Assembly: GCF_000014265.1 (NCBI RefSeq) | Contig: NC_008312.1 | Coordinates: forward strand, 900,001 to 932,000 | Reading direction: 5' to 3' | From: Trichodesmium erythraeum IMS101 | GTDB taxonomy: Bacteria; Cyanobacteriota; Cyanobacteriia; Cyanobacteriales; Microcoleaceae | Length of the DNA stretch: 32,000 nt | Shown: positions 23,677-31,135 of the stretch, piece after piece | Layout: each line of letters begins with the position of its first letter | Position numbering within the stretch: position 1 is the stretch's first letter | Notes under the pieces: generated by a model | Told to the model about the DNA's origin: nothing | Database searches by the model: none | The model's input: only the letters and a program-made list of their open reading frames with translations | Program-made: the position numbers and the translations under genes

Positions 23677-23967
23677 TAAAAATGGCCAACTAATATTCAA
23701 CATCACCAACAATGTCGACCCCGACGAGGATGGCAATAAGGCCTTTACTATTGATGGCGATCGCCTCCTAGTTAACGACAGTGACGACCTAAATTATGAA
23801 ACTAACCCCATTCTCAATATTACCATTGAAGCTAGTGATAGGGAATTGACTGATGCAGCTTTATGTCTGGACTAGCAATTCTGAGGGTGTGGAAATCTGG
23901 GGATGCTCTGTTACCTCTGGAACAGGAATTTAATATTGACCTGAATGGAGACGATATAATTTTCTAG
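23660..23967 (+). pseudogene. Frameshifted relics of the 3' end of a cadherin-repeat-type exoprotein gene
   Basis: Frame 2 (23660-23875) reads ...GNKNGQLIFNITNNVDPDEDGNKAFTIDGDRLLVNDSDDLNYETNPILNITIEASD..., which is cadherin-repeat-like (F.I....L.V...LDYE....L.I.A.D). Frame 1 (23857-23967) reads SFMSGLAILRVWKSGDALLPLEQEFNIDLNGDDIIF*, resembling the Trp-rich ...DLNGDG.IG C-terminal modules of large cyanobacterial exoproteins. It overlaps the stop of gene C and has no credible start. Confidence 0.5.
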
Positions 23968-24129
23968 TACTCATTCCTATGCACATAGGTTAGGCGATTA
24001 AAAAATTATAATGCACAAAAGGGGGTAATATCATCTCCAGATAATCAGTGATCAAAAAGTATATGGTTTGTAGTAGGGCAAGGGCCTTATCTGCACTTAG
24101 GGCTTTGACCTTATTACAAACTTTAATTA

Positions 24130-25080
24130 TATAGTTATTTTAAATAAGAATGAGACACTATTTGGCACAATAATTACGAATAATTTCATCAATAGATGTA
24201 TTGATAGGTGAATACATTCTAGCTTTTTTTAATGCATTAAAATCATGTTCTTAGTCATTTAAATCAGGAGAGTTTTTTGACAAAAATAGTAATTGATGAC
24301 CCCCTGCTTCTACTAATTCTCTAATAACCTTTTTTCGTTAGAATTGGTTAATTCTCCATAATTAGTAAACTGAGAATTTTTAATAATGGCAAGAAATGTT
24401 TATCTAACCATTGTTCAAATACCACGGTATTTAGGGTTCCTTTAAATATAATTGGTGCTATTGAATTTTTTTCCTTTTTTATTCTCCCAGCTACTAAATT
24501 TTCTCTTTTACCTCGTTTTCCCTCTTACTCAGCATCAACTTTTTTCCCTTTTTTTGACCAGGCATAAATATAGTATTGATTATCTTCAAATCTTGATTCA
24601 TCAATAAATATAAGGCTTTTGCCTCAAAATTTTTTGATGAAATCTCGTAGTTTATGAATAATATTTTATCCTTTATTCTCTATTTATTTCCCTATAACGA
24701 AGTTGTTTTTTTTAAGGAAAATTCATTTTTTTCAAAGCATAAAATATAGCTGTAGGATTAACTCCAATTTTTTTATCTCTGTCTACCAATTTAAACTCTG
24801 GATTTAGTTTGATATCTTTTTCTAATTCTTTCTAATCTAATTTTATTCGACGAAATTTTACCTTATTTGCTTCCAATTTTGGGCGAGATCACTATCTATA
24901 TATCGAAGTTATTCCTATCCCAAATACATGAGCTGCTTCGGTAATAGTACCACCATTTTCTACAAAATTTATGACTTTTTGTCTGAAGTCTAAATTGTAA
25001 GGCATGGTTAAAAATAGTTTCTACTTTACTTAAAATTATTATACTCAATTTTTGTCTCAATTTTAATTAAAACAACTATA
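24130..25080 (-). mobile_element. Decayed IS630 (Tc1/mariner-like) family insertion sequence with recognisable terminal inverted repeats
   Basis: The left end tatagttattttaaataagaatgagac (24130-24156) matches the reverse complement of the right end gtctcaattttaattaaaacaactata (25054-25080) at 23 of 27 positions. Both ends carry TA. The interior encodes a broken IS630-type transposase. Confidence 0.8.
24158..25005 (-). pseudogene. IS630-family transposase pseudogene (multiple stops and frameshifts)
   Basis: The minus strand from ATG 25005 reads MPYNLDFRQKVINFVENGGTITEAAHVFGIGITSIYR** (HTH region, with stops replacing the usual W-L). Later frames give IFIDESRFEDNQYYIYAWSKKGKKV..*..RENLVAG...IAPIIFKGTLNTVVFEQWLDKHFLPLLK..SLLIMEN* and ...IDEIIRNYCAK*. 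DDE context: IDES present, IMDN changed to IMEN. Confidence 0.85.
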
Positions 25081-25412
25081 ACTATTTAACCGGACACGAT
25101 ATGACCGGAAATTACCCTTTTAAAGCAATGGTTTATAAATATCTTTTTTAGCATAAAACTTGACAAAAAAGAGAATTTATAAATTTGCTATTAAATGGAT
25201 ATTTTGAAAGAGTAAATGTGTTTAAAAATATATTTTTTTTCTACCAGATGTAGTTTTGAGATAATTCTCCCCCCCCCCATCCCCTTCCAGGTCAGGTAGA
25301 AAAAGTTTTAGACATTCCTGATCAAGGATAGCCTTTTAGAAGGAATTTAGGGGCTAACTACTGAAGCCGAATAAGAGCGACAAAGTGGGAGAAATATTAA
25401 GAAATTTTGTCC

Positions 25413-25443
25413 TTGACATTATGACAATTCTAAGCTGTAAAAT
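25413..25443 (+). promoter_or_regulatory. Candidate promoter for the 25476 gene
   Basis: Perfect -35 TTGACA (25413-25418). -10 candidates are TGTAAA (25436-25441, 17-nt spacer) or TAAAAT (25438-25443). Lies ~35 nt upstream of the ATG. Confidence 0.3.
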
Positions 25444-25475
25444 TATATCTAAAAATCTTAGAGAAAGGTAAAATT

Positions 25476-26078
25476 ATGGGTTCTTGGCAAGATAGGTTAA
25501 ATAAATTTACAGGTAAAACTCGATTTGTTGTCTCTCGTTTATTCATTCACTTAGCAGGTTCAGAGGTAACACCCTTATTAGGTGTTTTAAACAAAGCTGC
25601 TAGGGAAGCCGTTGGATCAGAAGGTGACTTACAACAAGTAGGAGAAGAACTTGTGGAAGTCTGTAAAACTCTACTACAATACGACACCTACTGGCAGTCC
25701 GCCGCTAATGAAGGTGATGTTGTTTGGGACGAGGCAGAAGCAGGAGACTTTTTTGATGAACTGTTTACAGACTCTGCCCAACGCTATCTAAGTTCTGGGG
25801 AAAATGAAGACTACGGAGAAAATAATGAACCTTTAACCTTACCTCCCACCGGTAATTTAGTCGTAATGATAACAGCTGCTTTTGAGGGAGAAGTGCCAGA
25901 CATTGAAACTGACCTTGCGAGTATAGAAGCTATGACTCAGGCATTAAAAGCTTTAATTAATTTACATTATCAAGAAAAATTACGGGGTATTCAAATACAT
26001 TTTTCACCAGCACGTTTAGGAGATGAGTTAGATAATGAACAACTATTAGTCAATTTTTCTGAATTAATTCCCTTGTAA
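25476..26078 (+). CDS. Hypothetical acidic protein (200 aa); family not recognised
   Basis: Clean ATG ORF with non-repetitive composition and an AAGG-like ribosome-binding candidate ~8 nt upstream. No motif I can name. Confidence 0.6.
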   Translation: MGSWQDRLNKFTGKTRFVVSRLFIHLAGSEVTPLLGVLNKAAREAVGSEGDLQQVGEELVEVCKTLLQYDTYWQSAANEGDVVWDEAEAGDFFDELFTDSAQRYLSSGENEDYGENNEPLTLPPTGNLVVMITAAFEGEVPDIETDLASIEAMTQALKALINLHYQEKLRGIQIHFSPARLGDELDNEQLLVNFSELIPL

Positions 26079-26398
26079 TATCAAGCCAGTTGAATACTTA
26101 TTAGAGTTGTTGGAGGAGGTGGGGAGGTCTGATACTAAAAATAGTAGGGACTTTATATACAAAACCCATAGGTCAGACCAAAGTTGGAAAACTAAAGTTA
26201 GAGTAAATATTCAAAAAAAAAAGGAATAAACTATAGAGATAACTGTCTTAAATTAACAGAACTTACACACCTAAACAAGAAACCAGGTTTATGACCCTGA
26301 CCATTATTGTTCAAACCAGGGAGTTTCCTCAACCCGGTTTCTACATAGATCATGACTATATAGCATCAATTTCCGGGATTCAATTTATACTAATTTGA

Positions 26399-27370
26399 TC
26401 AAGCAGAATTTTCGGAGTAGAATTGACTTGCCCAACTTCGAGACTGACGCACAGGGCCATCATTTTGATATAAAAGTGGATTACGAATATTTTTTTTATT
26501 CTCTAAAATACTCACATCTTGTTCAAAAGTTTCTAAAACATCCTGTTTTAACATCTTATTTAAAATCAAGCTTAAAGGAAAAGGTAGAACTTTTTTCACA
26601 CTATAAAATATAGCAATATCAAGATACTCATTATTTATTGGTGTTCCTGTAAAAATAGTTAGCAAACCTAGCTTTAACTTTCCTTCTGTCCAGTAAAAAC
26701 TCACATCATAAGCAGGTCCATAATAAATAGTAGTAACTGAGCCATCTTCCAATACTAATTTTCCCGCTGCTAAAGAAGATAAATTATATTTCTGGGACAT
26801 TCTATGAGTTAACATTGGTCCGTCAATTTCTACACCATAACTATGAGCGCTTTTAAAAGTACGGCTGTGCAAATTATATAAGTGAGAGACATCTACACTA
26901 TTGTCCATATAATCTTGAAGAGTAGTGCGTACTTTCCACTGACGGACTAAACGTAGAGGAGTCCATTCCTCAGACATTAGTTCTGGTATTTGCGGTATTT
27001 CCCAGTCTGGTAATTTTCCTTGGTGGTGATGATACATCATTATTAGACCATTCAGCTCAAGTACAGGCCAATTTTGTATTTTGACTTGAGGTTTTGCTTT
27101 ATTCGGATAAGGAGTCGCAGCACATTGTCCATTTGTATCCCAAAACCAACCGTGGTAGGGACATCTTAGAGTCTGGCCTTCTATTCTACCCCCATGAGCA
27201 AGATGAGCCCCTAAGTGAGGACAATGGGCATCAAAAATATGGGGTTTGCCATCTTCTGTACGAAACAGTACAAAGTCTTTTCCAAAATAATGAAGTGGTA
27301 TAACTCCTTTGGTAGATAAATCTTCACTTCTAGCAACACGAAACCAGCTATTAGGCAAATTTGAATACAT
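26399..27370 (-). CDS. Rieske [2Fe-2S] non-haem-iron oxygenase (KshA / Neverland / PAO-like alpha subunit), 323 aa
   Basis: Rieske motif CPHLGAHL-x16-CPYHGW. Mononuclear iron motif D-x2-H-x4-H (DVSHLYNLH). ATG at 27370. Confidence 0.85.
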   Translation of the reverse strand: MYSNLPNSWFRVARSEDLSTKGVIPLHYFGKDFVLFRTEDGKPHIFDAHCPHLGAHLAHGGRIEGQTLRCPYHGWFWDTNGQCAATPYPNKAKPQVKIQNWPVLELNGLIMMYHHHQGKLPDWEIPQIPELMSEEWTPLRLVRQWKVRTTLQDYMDNSVDVSHLYNLHSRTFKSAHSYGVEIDGPMLTHRMSQKYNLSSLAAGKLVLEDGSVTTIYYGPAYDVSFYWTEGKLKLGLLTIFTGTPINNEYLDIAIFYSVKKVLPFPLSLILNKMLKQDVLETFEQDVSILENKKNIRNPLLYQNDGPVRQSRSWASQFYSENSA

Positions 27371-27460
27371 AATTATTTTTTTTTGAATATAGACAAAAAT
27401 CAGCTATTAGTTTATTTGGATAGCGATCGCTTACCAAAGCTAAAAATTAAAAAATATTTT

Positions 27461-29014
27461 ATGCAAACTATCAAAGTAGAAAGAGTCACAGGAGTTAACG
27501 ACATTCTCCCAAGTACCTACCAGATAGATCAACAAATCAAAAGTATACTGAGTAGCAATTTTGAGTCCTATGGATATCGACCCATAGATGTACCACTCAT
27601 AGAATATACCGAACTCTATCTAAAAAAATCTGGTGAGGATATTATTTCTCGTCTCTACGACTTCATTTACCGCAACCGTCGCCTCTGTCTAAGACCAGAA
27701 TTTACAGCTTCAGTGGTCCGTGCTTATTTAGACAATTTACAAGAACTACCCCTGCCAGTGCGACTTTATTATATGGGGCCAGTATTTCGTTATGAACAGC
27801 CCCAGAAAGAAAAATATGGACAGTTTACTCAAATGGGAATAGAGTTAATAGGTGCCACAGGAGCGATCGCTGATGGGGAAATTATTTCTATGGCCTGTCA
27901 AGGTTTAGATCGTCTAGGTTTAACTGAATATCAAACATTTATCGGCCACGTTGGAGTCCTCAATAATTTTCTTGACCATCTTCAGCTAGACACTCGTCTT
28001 CGTAGTTTTCTACTTACTCAGATGGAAACTCTAAGAATAGAAGGTAAAGAGATAGTAGAAAGTCGACTTTCTGAAATCTATCCTGCTTTTAAAAAAAATA
28101 ATTTTTTGGCAGAACAACTAGATACAAATACGACAACAAAAAAAATCACAGATATCCTACAAAATTTAGAAGAAAATGAGGCAAGAACAGCAATTTTTAA
28201 GTTGCTGGAAAGTATGAATATAGAACTTACAAGTACTCGTACACCAGAAGAAATAGTTGACCGTTTGTTAATTAAAATTAAACATCAAGATCAAACTAAA
28301 GAGCTAAATCAAGCATTAGAGTTTATGACAGAATTGAGTCAACTCAAAGGAGAGCCTCAAGCCATATTCAAAGAAATAAAAAAACTACTTTCGGCTTATG
28401 GTATTGATGATTATGGTTTAGCAGAATTACAAGATATTTTGAAAAGTTTAGAAGCTTTTAATATTGACAAAAATCGTATTAGTCTTGACCTGGGAATTAG
28501 TCGGGGTCTTCAATATTATACAGGTATGGTTTTTGAGATTTATGACAGCAAGTTAGGAGTAGAAAGAAAATTATGTGGTGGAGGTAGATATGATGATTTG
28601 GTTGTCAGTTTAGGAGGTAAACAGGAAACTCCTGCCACTGGTTTTTCCTATCTCATGGAAGAACTCAGAAAAGAATTAACAGAAAAAGCTCATTTGAGTT
28701 TCAATAATTATCAATTTGTTGAAGCTCTAGTAGTTGGTTTGACTAGAGAAGATTATAGTGATTCTGTGAGAGTTGCTGAAAAATTAAGAAGCCTAGGCTT
28801 GCGAATAGAAACTGATGTTATTGGAAGAGATATTCAGAGTAATATTGAGTATGGAAATCAGCAGAAAATTTCATTTTTAATTATTGTAAACTCTACCGAA
28901 AAAAAAGGTGGTAAGGTGCTTTTGCAAAATCTAGATTCAGGAGAACAAAAAAAATTAGAGTTGCATGAAGTAGTACATCAAGTTAGAAATATTAAAGATA
29001 ATACCAATTGTTAA
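27461..29014 (+). CDS. Histidyl-tRNA-synthetase-like paralogue (HisZ-like pseudo-synthetase) that retains an anticodon-binding-type C-terminal domain, 517 aa
   Basis: HisRS-type N-terminus (GVNDILP...YGYRPIDVPLIEYTELY...LCLRPEFTASVVRAY...PVRLYYMGPVFRYEQPQ), RGLQYYTG and GGGRYDDL motifs, and a C-terminal HGTP_anticodon-like alpha/beta domain (ALVVGL...AEKLRSLGLRIETDV...FLIIV...GKVLLQNLDSGEQ). I prefer ATG 27461 over the upstream TTG 27383 used in the ORF track. Confidence 0.8.
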   Translation: MQTIKVERVTGVNDILPSTYQIDQQIKSILSSNFESYGYRPIDVPLIEYTELYLKKSGEDIISRLYDFIYRNRRLCLRPEFTASVVRAYLDNLQELPLPVRLYYMGPVFRYEQPQKEKYGQFTQMGIELIGATGAIADGEIISMACQGLDRLGLTEYQTFIGHVGVLNNFLDHLQLDTRLRSFLLTQMETLRIEGKEIVESRLSEIYPAFKKNNFLAEQLDTNTTTKKITDILQNLEENEARTAIFKLLESMNIELTSTRTPEEIVDRLLIKIKHQDQTKELNQALEFMTELSQLKGEPQAIFKEIKKLLSAYGIDDYGLAELQDILKSLEAFNIDKNRISLDLGISRGLQYYTGMVFEIYDSKLGVERKLCGGGRYDDLVVSLGGKQETPATGFSYLMEELRKELTEKAHLSFNNYQFVEALVVGLTREDYSDSVRVAEKLRSLGLRIETDVIGRDIQSNIEYGNQQKISFLIIVNSTEKKGGKVLLQNLDSGEQKKLELHEVVHQVRNIKDNTNC

Positions 29015-29568
29015 AATTAATGCTATACTTAGGTAATACTTCAATTATTAAGTAATCAACATCTGCTCAATAACTCTTTTGAGAATAATGAGCTAGTAGT
29101 ACGTTAATTATTATTAGATGAAAATTATACGTAAAATCCTAACTATTATCAATAAAATGTAGATTGTTTTTGATAGATTGTATCAGCATTCAGCTATCAG
29201 CTTGATAACAATTTTTGGGTTAATAAACTAGATTCAAAAAAAAAATATAATGATGCAAAACTATTTCATTTGATTCAAATTTATATTGGTTCATATAGTG
29301 AGTTTAAATCTTATCTGTTACTCGCTTACTACCTTCATTAATTAGATATTCAAAACACGAATTTCTGGTTAAAAAAGTAGTAGAAATTAAACTAATAATT
29401 GCTGGATTCATGAAAAAGCCGATAGCTGAATTATTAGTAAATATCCTTAAGCAAAACCACCAAAAAATTAGATTTCAATTTACCCCCTTTCAAGGGATGA
29501 GAAAAATATTAAATTCAGTATTTGAATACTTATAATTTAGCAGGTAATACTAATAACTAATAACTGAA

Positions 29569-30585
29569 ATGACAAAAGATCAAACTTTAAGAATAGCCTT
29601 ACCAAGTAAAGGTGCTTTGGCAAAGGGAACAATGAACTTATTGTCAGCCTGTGGTTTGGGTGTATCTAGACCCAATGAAAGACAATATTTTGGTTCAATT
29701 CCTGCTTTACCACAAGTAAAAGTTTTATTTCAAAGAGCAGCAGATATTTTTACAAAGGTAGAAGAAGGAAGTGTAGATTTAGGAATTACAGGTTATGATG
29801 TGGTTTGTGAAGAAGGTCAATCACATGATGATGTAATAGTAATTTGGGATAAGTTGGGTTATGGTAAATGTAAATTAGTCTTAGCTGTTCCTGAAAGTTG
29901 GGTTGATGTTTCTTCTATAGAAGATTTAGCAGAGTTAACTCTCTTATTTAGAGATAAAGGAAAAAATTTGAGAATTGCGACTAAATATCATCATCTAACT
30001 CAAAAATGGCTCTATGAAAAGTTAATTGTACATTTTTCTTTAGTGGCAGTTCAAGGTGCAATGGAAGCCGCACCAAGTATGGGATATGCTGATATGATTG
30101 CTGATATAACTAGCACTGGTACAACTCTCAGAGAAAATCGTTTAAAACAAATTGAAGGAGGTACACTTATAGAATCTCAAGCTTGTTTAATTGGTAATAA
30201 ACGCTTGTTACAAGAAAATAAAATTAAATTAGAAACAACTCAAGTATTTTTAGAGTTGCTCGAGGCACAAATGGAGTCGAAAAAGTATGTTTCAATAACA
30301 GCAAATGTAGATGGAAAATCACTAGATGAAATAGGCGATCGCCTCATGTATAAAAGTCAATTAACTGGTATTGCTGGTCTACAAGGACCAACTATTGCTA
30401 AAGTATATTCTAGGGAAAAAAATAGCTTGTATGCTGTGACAATTGTAGTTAAACAAAGTATGTTATTGCCAGCAATTAACCATCTGAGAAATGTAGGTGG
30501 TACAGATATGACAGTTTCTTCTCCTAGTTATGTTTTTGGTTCCCAGTCTCAAATTTATGAGTCATTTTTGTCAAAGCTAAAATAA
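29569..30585 (+). CDS. hisG: ATP phosphoribosyltransferase, long form with C-terminal regulatory domain (338 aa)
   Basis: LRIALPSKGAL..., PRPP-loop DITSTGTTLRENRL, and a C-terminal HisG_C-like segment (YVSITANV...LQGPTIAKV...YAVTIVV...LRNVGGTDMTV). Confidence 0.9.
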   Translation: MTKDQTLRIALPSKGALAKGTMNLLSACGLGVSRPNERQYFGSIPALPQVKVLFQRAADIFTKVEEGSVDLGITGYDVVCEEGQSHDDVIVIWDKLGYGKCKLVLAVPESWVDVSSIEDLAELTLLFRDKGKNLRIATKYHHLTQKWLYEKLIVHFSLVAVQGAMEAAPSMGYADMIADITSTGTTLRENRLKQIEGGTLIESQACLIGNKRLLQENKIKLETTQVFLELLEAQMESKKYVSITANVDGKSLDEIGDRLMYKSQLTGIAGLQGPTIAKVYSREKNSLYAVTIVVKQSMLLPAINHLRNVGGTDMTVSSPSYVFGSQSQIYESFLSKLK

Positions 30586-30907
30586 TCTTTTATCCCTGGA
30601 TAAATGAGCTCTTTTTAAGGAAAAATATTTACTTGATCTAGCCTATCTTTCATACCATTTATAAAAAAATTCTACATTTTATTTAGCTGAGGATATGGCA
30701 GATGAGGTAGTAGCGTTGCATATAATTTTCACACAAACAAAATAAGAATAATTAATACCCACTCTGACTAATAATAATCATAAAGGTTATTTACCCCATG
30801 TTAATTCTTAATAATTAAAGCCTTGTTTAAGTATAGTATTATTTTTTTCATCCTTTGGTATAATATAATTTTTGAATTAATAAGTTTAAACTTTTAAATA
30901 AACTAAA

Positions 30908-31135
30908 ATGCCACATACAATTGTTACTAATATTTGCGAAGGTGTTGCTGACTGTGCTAATGCCTGTCCAGTTGCTTGTATCCATTCAGGGCCAGGTAAA
31001 AATAATAAGGGAACTGATTGGTATTGGGTTGATTTTGATTCCTGTATTGACTGCGGAATTTGTTTGGAAGTTTGTCCTGTAGAAAAAGCAGTACTTGCTG
31101 AGGAAAGACCTGAATTACAGCAGACTCCAGAGTAG
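30908..31135 (+). CDS. Small dicluster (3Fe-4S/4Fe-4S-type) ferredoxin, 75 aa
   Basis: C-x6-C-x3-CP-x2-C (CEGVADCANACPVAC) plus C-x2-C-x2-C-x3-CP (CIDCGICLEVCP). Confidence 0.85.
   Translation: MPHTIVTNICEGVADCANACPVACIHSGPGKNNKGTDWYWVDFDSCIDCGICLEVCPVEKAVLAEERPELQQTPE

Larger units (their letters stand above)
1..23706 (+). repeat. Head-to-tail macro-duplication: at least 3 units of ~10.9 kb (tail of unit 1 = 1-1979; unit 2 = 1980-12920; unit 3 = 12921-~23706, diverged)
   Basis: Gene starts 2629 and 13570 are 10941 nt apart. Sequence 1-2628 matches 10942-13569 in every line I spot-checked. Homology to the spacer stops ~30 nt after the stop codon of copy C (ttcaacatc|accaac versus ttcaacatc|ttcaaa). 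Confidence 0.9.

Noticed and set aside
23660-23875. 71-aa ORF called as an intact gene
   Set aside because: It starts inside the end of gene C in another frame and has no independent start context. It is a single partial cadherin-like repeat followed by a frameshifted continuation, so I treated it as a relic.
24067-24121. Imperfect hairpin (gtttgtagtagggcaagggcc ... gggctttgaccttattacaac) abutting the left end of the IS
   Set aside because: Only ~16 of 21 arm positions pair, with a gap. I cannot tell a small REP/MITE-like element from chance without genome-wide copies.
26278-26342. Inverted repeat agaaaccaggtt ... aacccggtttct between the convergent 25476 and Rieske genes, as a possible bidirectional terminator
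   Set aside because: The 11/12-bp arms are separated by ~40 nt with no U-tract, so this is not a convincing intrinsic terminator.
26395-27303. Plus-strand ORFs 26395..26613 and 27094..27303
   Set aside because: Both are antisense to the Rieske oxygenase gene, which has unambiguous cofactor motifs.
27383-27460. TTG-initiated 26-codon N-terminal extension of the HisRS-like ORF
   Set aside because: It would start 12 nt from the divergent Rieske gene start and would add a non-homologous K-rich leader. ATG 27461 aligns with the normal HisRS N-terminus.
29188-29431. 14-nt inverted repeat (attcagctatcagc / gccgatagctgaat, 13/14 matching) spaced ~215 nt apart upstream of hisG, as possible MITE ends
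   Set aside because: It is a single short match in AT-rich DNA, with no target-site duplication or internal structure that I could verify.
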